Shown piece after piece: positions 19,981 to 29,140 of a DNA stretch of 64,000 bases. Within the stretch, counting starts at the first letter, position 1, and every line of letters starts with the position of its first letter. The position numbers and the translations under genes were made by a program. Under the pieces are notes generated by a model. It had not been told where the DNA came from. It searched no databases and worked only from the letters and a program-made list of their open reading frames with translations. This DNA comes from an uncultured Acidobacteriota bacterium. Its GTDB lineage: Bacteria > Acidobacteriota > Thermoanaerobaculia > Gp7-AA8. The stretch is from NCBI GenBank assembly GCA_963741955.1, contig CAVUKB010000007.1, positions 640,001 through 704,000 of the forward strand, read 5' to 3'.

Positions 19981-20123
19981 CTAGGATCTAGGATCTAGGA
20001 TCTAGGATCTAGGATCTAGGATCTGAAAGGCATCGAGAAAAGCATCGAGGATCGAGGATCGAGGATCGAGGATCTAGGATCTAGGATCTGAAAGGCATTC
20101 GGGATCCAGGATCGAGGATCGAG
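19981..20123. repeat. Heptamer tandem repeats (CTAGGAT/CGAGGAT)
   Basis: Six perfect CTAGGAT copies, then degenerate GAGGATC tracts. Confidence 0.9.
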
Positions 20124-20464
20124 TCGGTCGAGGTCCAACGAGTGAAAGCAAACGCATGGGCTGCCTCCCGGCAGGGCTTTGGGTTTGTGCCGAGGGGCGC
20201 CGCGGCTTCCGCCGCGGCGGGCACGGCGGAAGCCGTGCCGCACCAGAGGAGGCAAGTGACTCGTGTCAGATCGCGCCGGAGTTTGCATCGAGGGATCGAG
20301 GATCGAGTCGGTCGAGGTCCAACGAGTGAGAGCAAACGCATGGGCTGCCTTCCGGCAGGGCTTTGGGTTTGTGCCGAGGGGCGCCGCGGCTTCTGCCGCG
20401 GCGGGCACGGCGGAAGCCGTGCCGCACCAGAGGAGGCAAGTGACTCGTGTCAGATCGCGCCGGA
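20110..20464. repeat. Two direct repeats with a 184-bp period, each carrying the REP-like double hairpin
   Basis: GAGGTCCAACGAGTG at 20130 and 20314; same hairpin pair as at 389-436. Confidence 0.88.
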
Positions 20465-20530
20465 AGTTCGAATCGACGATCGAGTATGGGGTGTGGCGGA
20501 TCTGTTTGATGTCATCGATAATTCGAGCAT

Positions 20531-21688
20531 ATGAGATCTCAGATCCGTGTCCGGCTCGTCGCGTTGCCGCTGCTGCTCGCGATTCTCCCGATGTCGCTCG
20601 ATGGCGCGGAAGGTCCCGGCACGCCGGCACGACGGCGGTCGGTCCGTCCTCCCGAGCATTGGCACGTGCCGCAGTGCGAAGTGGTTCGTGGCATTCCGGC
20701 TGTGACGTTCTCTCGAGACCGTGGTGCAACCGTCGCGGAGCGGTCGGAGACTCTGGGCGGCATCGGCTACACGTTCGGGCTGGCGGTACTCGAACGGCCG
20801 AACCAGTTGATGGCCGTGTACGAGAATGTCGTCTACCGGAGCGAGGACGCCGGTTGCAACTGGAGCGCGGTCGCGGCACTCGACCCTTCGACGTTCCCTC
20901 CCTTTCTACTCGCCGCGCCGGAAGGTCTGCTCTACGCATGGTCGCCGAACCGGCAGACGCTGATCCGCATCGAACGCGATCGCCTTATGACGCTCAAATC
21001 GCCGGCCGAATCGATCGTCGGGCTCGGAGTCGATGCCGCGGGAGAGCTTCGGCTCGGAGGATCGGACGGAGCGCTCTGGAAGTCGACCGATTCAGGGTCC
21101 AGCTGGGATCCCGCCGGACGGCTCGATCCGCCCGGGGGATGGGTCTACGAATTCACGTTCGATCCGCAGAACCCGGACCACATCCTCGCCGCATGTGCGG
21201 TCAGCGGAGCATGGACCAGCGAAGACGGCGGTCGCACCTGGACCGAGGCATCAGGGCTCTCGAAAAGCGGCGGCTCAGTGAACATCTTTCGCGGCGTCAT
21301 CTCGCCGGCAGATCCGAACCGCGTCTGGGTGGAGGGGATCGATCTGGCGGAATCGGATGCCGGAGCGCCTTCGGAAGGACGCCATATCTACCTCTCGAGC
21401 GACGGAGGAAAGACATTCACTCCGGTCGTCGATCAGTCTGCCGGGGTGGTGCTCGTGAACGGTCCGGTGATGGCCGCCGATCCTCTGAATCCGGACCGGC
21501 TCCTGTTCGTCTTCGGCACGTATTACCAGCAATACGGAACGGACCTGTTCGAATACGACGCGGAAGCGGCGACGCTGACCACGCACCACTTCGCGTTCGA
21601 CGGGATCGATTCGATCGCGTTCTCGCCCGTGGATCCCGACACGATCTACTTCGGTCTCGAAGTGGTGCAGGGGATCGGGGAGCAGTGA
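20531..21688 (+). CDS. Secreted beta-propeller (BNR/Asp-box) protein resembling Streptomyces dispase autolysis-inducing protein (DAIP)
   Basis: Signal peptide; Asp-boxes SEDAGCNW, STDSGSSW, SEDGGRTW and SSDGGKTF; EGRHIY and GTYYQQYGTDL segments match DAIP as recalled. Confidence 0.75.
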   Translation: MRSQIRVRLVALPLLLAILPMSLDGAEGPGTPARRRSVRPPEHWHVPQCEVVRGIPAVTFSRDRGATVAERSETLGGIGYTFGLAVLERPNQLMAVYENVVYRSEDAGCNWSAVAALDPSTFPPFLLAAPEGLLYAWSPNRQTLIRIERDRLMTLKSPAESIVGLGVDAAGELRLGGSDGALWKSTDSGSSWDPAGRLDPPGGWVYEFTFDPQNPDHILAACAVSGAWTSEDGGRTWTEASGLSKSGGSVNIFRGVISPADPNRVWVEGIDLAESDAGAPSEGRHIYLSSDGGKTFTPVVDQSAGVVLVNGPVMAADPLNPDRLLFVFGTYYQQYGTDLFEYDAEAATLTTHHFAFDGIDSIAFSPVDPDTIYFGLEVVQGIGEQ

Positions 21689-21701
21689 AGGCGGCCGCCG
21701 A

Positions 21702-22088
21702 TCAGACGGTCACCATGTTCGGCATTTCCGCTTCGCGCACCGTGCGGGCCTGATTCTTCTCGTCCACGAAGACCAGTTTCGGGCGATGGTTGAGGATCTG
21801 TCCTTCATGGAGGAAGCAGTAGCAGGCGATGATCACCTTCTCTCCGGGGCTGACGAGATGGGCCGCCGCGCCGTTCACGCAAATGTCGCCCCTTCCGGGC
21901 TCGCCCTCGATCACGTAGGTCTCGAACCGGGTTCCGCTGGTGACGTTGTAGACCTCCACCTTTTCGTACGGCAGGAGTCCTGCGGCATTCATCAGGTGGC
22001 GGTCGATGGTGATCGACCCTTCGTACTCGACGTTTGCTTCGGTGACGGTCGCTCGGTGAATCTTGCAACGGAGGAACTGGCGCATCAT
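21702..22088 (-). CDS. panD: Aspartate 1-decarboxylase
   Basis: KIHRATVT, YEGSITID (G-S cleavage site) and ICVNGAAA. Confidence 0.97.
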   Translation of the reverse strand: MMRQFLRCKIHRATVTEANVEYEGSITIDRHLMNAAGLLPYEKVEVYNVTSGTRFETYVIEGEPGRGDICVNGAAAHLVSPGEKVIIACYCFLHEGQILNHRPKLVFVDEKNQARTVREAEMPNMVTV

Positions 22089-22981
22089 GCTTCGGTCCTT
22101 TCGAAAGTGGAGACCTGACCCGAGCCCTGGGCGGTCCGCTCCACCGGGAGATTGTCGATCAGTCTGGTCCGCCCGACTCGCACCGCTCCGACGAGGAGGA
22201 GATCCCGATTGAGATCGGCCGGCGCGTCGAACGTCTCCGGATCGACGAGCCGCAGGTAATCGATCTCCATTCCGCCGCCGGCCGCGGCCTCATTCATCGC
22301 CCGCTCCGCCGCATCCACGCTTGCATCACCGTCCTCGCGCAGAACCCGCTCCCCGGCGCGGAGAGCCTGGTAGAGCTGCGGCGCGAGTGCGCGCTCTTCC
22401 GCCGAGAGATATGCGTTGCGTGACGACATCGCCAGTCCATCCGCGTCGCGGATCGTCGGCGCGATGTAGATCGCGACCGGGACGTTCAGGTCGCGGACCA
22501 GATGGCGGACCACCGCGCATTGCTGAGCGTCCTTCTGTCCAAAGACGGCGAAGTCGGGCTGAACCGCGTTCAGGAGCTTCAGTACCACCGTCGCCACTCC
22601 GTCGAAGTGTCCCGGACGGCGTTCTCCTTCCAGGTTCCGCGAGGCTGCTCCGATCGTGACTACCGTCGCGAACCCGGGCGGGTACATCTCCTGCGTCGTC
22701 GGAAGAAACAGCACGTCGACTCCGCGGCTCTGGAGGAGAGCGCGGTCGCGCTCCTCGTTACGGGGATACGTCTCGAAATCTTCTCCCGGGCCGAACTGGG
22801 TCGGGTTGACGAAGACCGATACGACGAGGAACGTCGCTCCGTTGTCTCGCGCGACGTCGAGGAGCGACAGATGACCCCCGTGCAGCGCTCCCATGGTCGG
22901 GACGAATCCCACGATCTTGTCTGCATCGCGAGCCCCGGCGACCGCGGCCCGCAACGCTTCGAAAGTACGTACGACGATCAC
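22085..22981 (-). CDS. panC: Pantoate--beta-alanine ligase
   Basis: FVPTMGALHGGH, FVNPTQF, RPGHFDGV, FGQKD, GLAMSSRN and RLIDN; GTG start overlaps the panB stop. Confidence 0.96.
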   Translation of the reverse strand: MIVVRTFEALRAAVAGARDADKIVGFVPTMGALHGGHLSLLDVARDNGATFLVVSVFVNPTQFGPGEDFETYPRNEERDRALLQSRGVDVLFLPTTQEMYPPGFATVVTIGAASRNLEGERRPGHFDGVATVVLKLLNAVQPDFAVFGQKDAQQCAVVRHLVRDLNVPVAIYIAPTIRDADGLAMSSRNAYLSAEERALAPQLYQALRAGERVLREDGDASVDAAERAMNEAAAGGGMEIDYLRLVDPETFDAPADLNRDLLLVGAVRVGRTRLIDNLPVERTAQGSGQVSTFERTEA

Positions 22982-23847
22982 TTCTCCTCCTCGACGGTGG
23001 CGTAGAGACGTTTGAGCTCCGCCTCTCCGCTCACGTGGAATGACTCGGTGCCGATATCCGGGAAACGTCCCTCGCGGACGTCGTCGAGATAATGCGCGAG
23101 GGCTTCCCTCGATCTCGCGCCGATGTCGGCGTACTGCCGGACGAACTTCGGAGTGTGTCCGTCGTAGAGCCCAAGGAGATCGTGGAAGACGAGGACCTGT
23201 CCATCGCACGCCGGTCCTGCGCCGATTCCGATGGTCGGAATCGAGATCTGCTCGGTGATGAACGCCGCGACTTCGCTCGGCACGCACTCGAGCACCAGGC
23301 TGAAACATCCCGCCTGGTCGAGAGCGACGGCCTCGTCGATCAGACGGCGCGCCGCCTCCTTTCCCTTTCCCTGGACTTTGAAGCCGCCGATCGCATTGAC
23401 CGACTGCGGCGTCAGACCGATGTGGCCCATCACGGGGATCTCCGCATCGAGGATCGCTTCGATGGCGCGGATCCGGGAGGGTTTTCCTCCCTCCACCTTC
23501 ACCGCGTGCGCGCCGGCCTGAATGAACGCGCCCGCGTTCCGGACCGTCTCCTCGATCGAGACGTGGTAGGAGAGGTACGGCATATCCGCGACCAGGAGGG
23601 CGTGCTTCGTTCCCCGCGCCGCGGCCCGGGTGTGATGGAGCATGTCTTCCATCGTCACGTTCAGAGTGTCGAGGTATCCGAGGACCACCATTCCGAGCGA
23701 ATCACCGACCAGGGCGATGTCGGCGCCCGCTTCGTCGACCAGCCGAGCGCTCGGAAAATCGTAGGCGGTGATCATCCCGATCCGGCGTTTTCCCTTCATC
23801 TCGCGGATGGCCGGAACGGTGGTGGGCTTGCGTGTCGGCTCGGTCAT
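22978..23847 (-). CDS. panB: 3-methyl-2-oxobutanoate hydroxymethyltransferase
   Basis: ITAYD, LVGDSLGM, VKVEGG, GHIGLTPQ and IGIGAG..CDGQVLV. Confidence 0.97.
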   Translation of the reverse strand: MTEPTRKPTTVPAIREMKGKRRIGMITAYDFPSARLVDEAGADIALVGDSLGMVVLGYLDTLNVTMEDMLHHTRAAARGTKHALLVADMPYLSYHVSIEETVRNAGAFIQAGAHAVKVEGGKPSRIRAIEAILDAEIPVMGHIGLTPQSVNAIGGFKVQGKGKEAARRLIDEAVALDQAGCFSLVLECVPSEVAAFITEQISIPTIGIGAGPACDGQVLVFHDLLGLYDGHTPKFVRQYADIGARSREALAHYLDDVREGRFPDIGTESFHVSGEAELKRLYATVEEEK

Positions 23848-23978
23848 GGAAAGCCTCCTCTCGTTTCAAGGGAGGCCGGGGGGAGTGACGAACGACAGAG
23901 CGGCGCGCCGGCCGCTTCGGATCTCGATGTCGCCCATCGTGACGATCACCGTATCCCTCTGTTCGAACTGCCTTTTCT

Positions 23979-24012
23979 CCGTCCCGGTCCTTCTGATTCA
24001 GGATCCAAGCGG
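23979..24012 (-). ncRNA. pan RNA motif (cis-regulatory hairpin upstream of panBCD)
   Basis: Minus strand CCGCUUGGAUCC-loop-GGACCGGGACGG forms a stem with two bulged A residues, as described for the pan motif, directly upstream of panB. Confidence 0.75.
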
Positions 24013-24651
24013 TACGTAGTACTGAGTCCCCTTCTGCGCGGTTCGAATCTGCTCGACCAGCGCATCGAAGTCCTGCGCGTTCTGAACAAAGTCGATCTCG
24101 TTGGTATTCACCACCAGCAGGGGCGTCGCGTCGTAATGGTAGAAGTAGTGCGCGTACGCCTCGCTGAGCTCCTTCAGGTACTGCGGCGAGATCGACTTCT
24201 CGTACTCCCGCCCGCGCTTTCGAATGCGCCGGTGGAGTGTATCAAGATTCCCTTGCAGATAAATGACCAGATCCGGTTTCGGGAGCGTCTCCGCCAGCAG
24301 GTCGTAAAGCCGGTTGTAGATCAGCAGATCCGAATCCTCCAGGGTGAGATAGGCGAAGATCTTGTCCTTGGGAAACGTGTAGTCCGCGAGCACGAGCTCG
24401 GTGAACAGATCACGCTGGGTGAGCCGGCGAAGCTGGTCGAATCGCGAGAGGAGAAAGAAGAGCTGGCAGCGGAACGCCGCCCCCTTCTTGTCCTTGTAGA
24501 AGTCGGAGAGGAACGGATTCTCCACATCCTCGAGGATCTTCGTCCCGCGGAATCGCCGCGCGAGGAGATTGACGAGGGAAGTCTTTCCCACGCCGATCGG
24601 CCCTTCGATCGCGATGTGGCGGAATGGCAGCGACTCGGCTGGCTCAGGCAT
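23998..24651 (-). CDS. Deoxynucleoside kinase
   Basis: IAIEGPIGVGKTS, ENPFL..FY, QLFFLLSR and PDLVIYL. Confidence 0.93.
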   Translation of the reverse strand: MPEPAESLPFRHIAIEGPIGVGKTSLVNLLARRFRGTKILEDVENPFLSDFYKDKKGAAFRCQLFFLLSRFDQLRRLTQRDLFTELVLADYTFPKDKIFAYLTLEDSDLLIYNRLYDLLAETLPKPDLVIYLQGNLDTLHRRIRKRGREYEKSISPQYLKELSEAYAHYFYHYDATPLLVVNTNEIDFVQNAQDFDALVEQIRTAQKGTQYYVPLGS

Positions 24652-24702
24652 CCGTGCTCACATCCTCCGGATCCATCCGGCCGGCCTCTGGTTCGATCCG
24701 GC

Positions 24703-25566
24703 TCAAGGATGGCTCCTCATCAGAATGTCGACCGCTCCGAAGACGAACAGGACGATGGACAGAATTCCGTTCGCGGTGAAGAACGCCGCGTCGATCCGCG
24801 AGATGTCGGTCGGCGTGACCAGCGAATGCTGCCAGATCAGCAGCCCCACCGCCGCGGCGACACCGACATAGTAGAGGATGCCGAACGAAGCGAGAATCCC
24901 GAAAGCGACGAGACAGCCGACCGTTACCACGTGGAAGAGGCGCGCGACCCCCAGCGCGGCCGCTGGCCCGATCCGCACCGGGATCGAATGGAGACCGCTC
25001 CGGCGGTCGAATCCGAGATCCTGCAGCGAGTAGAGAACATCGAATCCAGCTGTCCAGAAGAGGACCCCCGCACCGAGCAGGAACACCCGCGGATCGATCG
25101 TGCCGCTCACCGCGATCCACGCGCCGATCGGCGCCACGCCGAGTGACAGCCCGAGAAAGAGATGGCTCAGCGACGTGAATCGCTTGGTGAACGAATACCC
25201 GAAGACGATCAGCAACGCGACCGGCGAAAGATAGAACGCGAGCGGGTTCAGCTCCCACGCGGCGAGGATCAGCGCCCCCGCCGAGGCGACGGTGAAGAGT
25301 GCGACGAACTGCCGCGAGACTTCTCCCGCCGGAAGCGCGCGGCCGGCCGTCCGGGGGTTCTTCGCGTCGATCGGCGCATCGACCAGACGGTTGAACGCCA
25401 TCGCAGCGGAGCGCGCCCCCGCCATCGCGACCAGGATCCACAAGAGCGTCCTCAGGTCCGGTACGCCGTTTGCTGCGGTGAACGCCGCCAGCAGCGCAAA
25501 CGGGAGCGCGAAGACCGTGTGCTGGAACTTGATCATCTCCAGAGTGATGGTGATCGGTCGGAACAC
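24703..25566 (-). CDS. UbiA-family prenyltransferase (MqnP-like)
   Basis: IKFQHTVFALPF, AMAFNRLVDAPIDAKNPRT, YSFTKRF and FDVLYSLQD. Confidence 0.9.
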   Translation of the reverse strand: MFRPITITLEMIKFQHTVFALPFALLAAFTAANGVPDLRTLLWILVAMAGARSAAMAFNRLVDAPIDAKNPRTAGRALPAGEVSRQFVALFTVASAGALILAAWELNPLAFYLSPVALLIVFGYSFTKRFTSLSHLFLGLSLGVAPIGAWIAVSGTIDPRVFLLGAGVLFWTAGFDVLYSLQDLGFDRRSGLHSIPVRIGPAAALGVARLFHVVTVGCLVAFGILASFGILYYVGVAAAVGLLIWQHSLVTPTDISRIDAAFFTANGILSIVLFVFGAVDILMRSHP

Positions 25567-25721
25567 GGCGGTGATTTTAGCAAGTTGTTCCGCCGCTGGT
25601 AGAATGACCCCGTTTCAGCGCTCCCGATCGGCGCTTCGACGCACGCGTGCCCCCTCCGGGCCCGCGCACCCGGCCGGAACGGGCGACCCGTCCGGCAACC
25701 ACTCTCGAGAGGCATTCAATC

Positions 25722-26999
25722 GTGAAAATCGAGTACGACCAGCTTCCGAACGGACTGAAAGTCGTCTACAACGAAGACCACTCCGCCCCGCTCGTCGCAA
25801 TCAACGTCTGGTACCACGTCGGGTCGAAGAACGAACGGGAAGGGCGAACCGGCTTCGCCCATCTGTTCGAGCACATGCTCTTCTCCGGCTCCGAGCACGT
25901 CGGCAACAACGAGCATTTCCGCTACGTGCAGTCCGTCGGCGGGATCCTCAACGGTTCCACCACGTTCGACCGGACCAACTACTACGAGACCCTTCCATCG
26001 AACTACCTTGCCCTCGGGCTGTGGCTCGAGTCCGACCGGATGGGTTTCTTCCTCCCGGCGCTGACTCAGGAGAAGTTCGACGTCCAGAAGAACGTGGTGA
26101 AGGAAGAGCGCCGGCTCCGCTACGACAACGCTCCCTACGGCACCGCGTTCGAGAATCTCCTCGAGCTCGCCTACGATCCCGATTTTCCATATCACTGGCC
26201 GACCATCGGCTCGATGGAAGACCTCGACGCCGCGGAGCTCGACGACATCCGCCAGTTCTTCCGCACCTGGTATGCCCCCGACAACGCGGTGCTCACTCTG
26301 GTCGGTGACTTCGTCCCCGCTGAAGCGAAGAAACTCGTCGAGACGTACTTTGCCGACATTCCGGCCGGACCGGCGCGTCCTCCGTTCGATCGCACGCGCA
26401 GGCCGGCGGGAGAAGAGCGGCGCGGAAGTGTCCACGGTCCGGTGCAGCTCCCGCGTCTCTATCGTCTCTACCACCTCCCTCCGATGGGAAGGGACGAATG
26501 GTTCGCGGCCGATCTGGTCACCAACCTTCTGGCCGCGGGAAAGGCGAGCCGTCTGGAGCGGGCCCTCGTGTACGAGCAGCAGATCGCACAGGAAGTCGGC
26601 GCGTTCGTCTTTCCCACCGAGACCTCCGGAATGCTCCTGATGATGGCGACCGCGAAGCAGAATGTCGATCTCGCGAAGCTCGAAGCAGCGATGGACACGG
26701 AGATCGAGACGCTGATCCGTGGCGGTGTCACGGACGAGGAACTGACTCGGGTGAAAAATCAGAGCGAGACCGACGTCGCGCACCAGGTCTCGGAGTACGA
26801 ATCGCGTGCAGACCTCCTGGGGATGTTCGCGACTTTCTTCGACGATCCGGCCCTGGTCGGGAAGTGGCCGGAGCGATACCGCGCCCGCAGCGCCGGCGAG
26901 CTGCAGTCGGCCGCCGCGAAGTACCTCACGACGGAGAATCGTGTCACGCTCGAATACCTCCCCGCGGCGGGAGCGACGGCGGCAGAGGAGGTGCAGTGA
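25722..26999 (+). CDS. M16 family zinc peptidase, catalytic subunit
   Basis: HXXEH motif GFAHLFEHM; NGSTTFDRTNY; EERR; Y.PDNA. Confidence 0.93.
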   Translation: MKIEYDQLPNGLKVVYNEDHSAPLVAINVWYHVGSKNEREGRTGFAHLFEHMLFSGSEHVGNNEHFRYVQSVGGILNGSTTFDRTNYYETLPSNYLALGLWLESDRMGFFLPALTQEKFDVQKNVVKEERRLRYDNAPYGTAFENLLELAYDPDFPYHWPTIGSMEDLDAAELDDIRQFFRTWYAPDNAVLTLVGDFVPAEAKKLVETYFADIPAGPARPPFDRTRRPAGEERRGSVHGPVQLPRLYRLYHLPPMGRDEWFAADLVTNLLAAGKASRLERALVYEQQIAQEVGAFVFPTETSGMLLMMATAKQNVDLAKLEAAMDTEIETLIRGGVTDEELTRVKNQSETDVAHQVSEYESRADLLGMFATFFDDPALVGKWPERYRARSAGELQSAAAKYLTTENRVTLEYLPAAGATAAEEVQ

Positions 27000-28393
27000 T
27001 GGCGGAGGAGTCGACCACTTTTCGAGATCGCGCGCCGCAGCCGGCGCCACCGCGCCCGTACCATTTCCCGAAGATCCGGAGAGTGACGCTGGAGAACGGG
27101 CTGCGGGTCCTCATCGCGCAGAGCGCGAGCGCGCCGCTGGTTGCGGCGCGGATGGTCGTCCATTCGGGAGGCGATCGCGACCCGGCTGCACGGTTCGGGC
27201 TCGCGGCTCTCGCCGGAGGACTCCTCGACGAAGGTGCCGGAGATCGTGACACCATCCAGATCGCCGAGGCCATCGGATTGCTCGGCGGATCCCTCGGGAG
27301 CGGAGCCGACTGGGACGCGTCATACGTCTATCTCGATCTCCTCTCGAGCAAGCTCGAGGCGGGGATGGACGTCTTCGCCGACGTGGTGCTCCGGCCCCGC
27401 TTCGAAGAGGGCGACCTCGAACGCCTTCGGAACGAGAGACTCACCGAGATCCTGCAGGGGCGCGACGAGGCGCCGGTGATCGCGTCGAACGGATTCGCGA
27501 GGGCGGTGTACGGCGGAACGCCGTACGGCAATCCGCTGATCGGAACCGAGGATTCGGTCGCGGCGATCACCCGGGACGACGTCCTCGCGTTCTACCGCCG
27601 GCATTACGTCCCGAACAACGCGTCGCTGGTCATCGCCGGTGATCTCGACGCCGATAGAGGCGAAGAGATGGCGCGGCGGCTCTTCGGGAAGTGGAAGCGC
27701 GGCGAAGACGTTCCCGCGGAAGCGGTGTCACCGCGGCGTGCCGATCAGTCGCAGATCTATCTCATCGACCGCCCCGAGTCGGTGCAGTCGGAGATCCGAA
27801 TCGGCCACCCCGGCGTTCCGCGCAACTGCGAAGACTACTTCCCCCTCACGGTGATGAACGCGATCCTCGGAGGCGTCTTCACCTCCAGGCTGAACCTGAC
27901 TCTGAGGGAGAAGCACGGCTACACGTACGGCATCCGTTCCGCGTTCGCGATGCGACGGCACGCCGGTCCTTTCCTCGTCAGCACTGCGGTCCGCAACGAC
28001 GTGACTGCGGCCGCGGCGAAGGAGATCCTCCGCGAGGTCGCGGAGCTGAGAGACGGAGAGGTCAGGGACGAGGAGCTCTCCGAGGCGAAGAACTATCTGA
28101 TGGGCGTCTTTCCCGCGACGGTGCAGACGCCGGCGGACGTCGCCAGTCGTATCCAGGAAATGGAACTATACGGATTGCCGCACGACTATTTCGATCACTA
28201 TCGCAGGCGGCTCGGGGACGTGACGAAGGACGAGATCCGACGGGTCGCAGAGAAGTACCTCGATCCCTCCCGCGCCGCGGTGGTCGTCGTCGGAAAGGCC
28301 GCCGAGATCCAGCCGTCGCTCAACGAGCTGGGACGGCCGCTGGGGCTGTACGACATCGACGGAAAACCGAAGAGACTCGAGGCTCGAGGCTAG
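26999..28393 (+). CDS. M16 family peptidase, non-catalytic partner subunit
   Basis: LENGLRV, YVPNNA and ILGGVFTSRLNLTLREKHGYTY; no HXXEH motif. Confidence 0.9.
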   Translation: MAEESTTFRDRAPQPAPPRPYHFPKIRRVTLENGLRVLIAQSASAPLVAARMVVHSGGDRDPAARFGLAALAGGLLDEGAGDRDTIQIAEAIGLLGGSLGSGADWDASYVYLDLLSSKLEAGMDVFADVVLRPRFEEGDLERLRNERLTEILQGRDEAPVIASNGFARAVYGGTPYGNPLIGTEDSVAAITRDDVLAFYRRHYVPNNASLVIAGDLDADRGEEMARRLFGKWKRGEDVPAEAVSPRRADQSQIYLIDRPESVQSEIRIGHPGVPRNCEDYFPLTVMNAILGGVFTSRLNLTLREKHGYTYGIRSAFAMRRHAGPFLVSTAVRNDVTAAAAKEILREVAELRDGEVRDEELSEAKNYLMGVFPATVQTPADVASRIQEMELYGLPHDYFDHYRRRLGDVTKDEIRRVAEKYLDPSRAAVVVVGKAAEIQPSLNELGRPLGLYDIDGKPKRLEARG

Positions 28394-28990
28394 AGACTAG
28401 AGGCTAGAGGCTCACGCAGAATATTCGCGACAGCAGCGATTTTGGTGAGTTCTGTTCGATAAAGCAGGATCAAGCGCGAACGATTAACGCCGAATCCGAA
28501 AGCCGAGATTCGAGGCTCGAGGCTTGAGACTCGCGCAGAATATTCGCGACAATGGCGATTGCGGTGAATTCCGTTCTGTAAAGTAGGACTCACCGCGAAC
28601 GATTGACGCCTCCGAATCCGAAAGCCGAGACTAGAGGCTCGAGGTTTGAGGCTCGCGCAGAATATTCGCGACAGTGGCGATTGCGGTGAATTCCGTTCTG
28701 TAAAGTAGGACTCACCGCGAACGATTGACGCCTCCGAATCCGAAAGCCGAGACTAGAGGCTCGAGGTTTGAGGCTCGCGCAGAATATTCGCGACAGTGGC
28801 GAGTTGGGTGAATTCCGTTCTGTAGAGTAGGACTAGACGCGAACGATTGACGCCCGAATCCGAAAGCCGAGACTAGAGGCTCGAGGCTTGAGGCTCGCGC
28901 AGAATATTCGCGACAGTGGCGAGTTGGGTGAATTCCGTTCTGTAGAGTAGGACTAGACGCGAACGATTGACGCCCGAATCCGAAGGGCCG
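28376..28990. repeat. Five tandem repeats of about 120 bp
   Basis: GAATATTCGCGACA at 28419, 28538, 28660, 28782 and 28902 (periods 119, 122, 122, 120). Confidence 0.92.
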
Positions 28991-28994
28991 AGTT

Positions 28995-29140
28995 TCTCGT
29001 CTCTCGTCTCTCGTCTCTCGTCTCTCGCCTCTCGTCTCTCGTCTCTCGCCTCTCACCTCTCGTTCCGAGTCTCTAGCCTCGAGCCTCCAGCCCCGCGTCT
29101 CTCGCCTCTCGCCTCTCGCCTCTAGCCCCGCGTCTCTCGC
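28995..29140. repeat. Heptamer tandem repeats (TCTCGTC/TCTCGCC)
   Basis: Visible directly; overlaps the 3' end of the minus-strand gene. Confidence 0.9.

Noticed and set aside
23092-25146. Long antisense or alternative-frame ORFs (for example 684 aa here, 11899-13788, 29742-31334, 61060-62688)
   Set aside because: Shadows of real genes in high-GC DNA, with no motifs or translation signals
28376-28990. Possible CRISPR array or repeat-protein gene (ORF 28712-29398)
   Set aside because: Whole units are duplicated with no spacers; the ORF is a by-product of the repeats and overlaps a real gene
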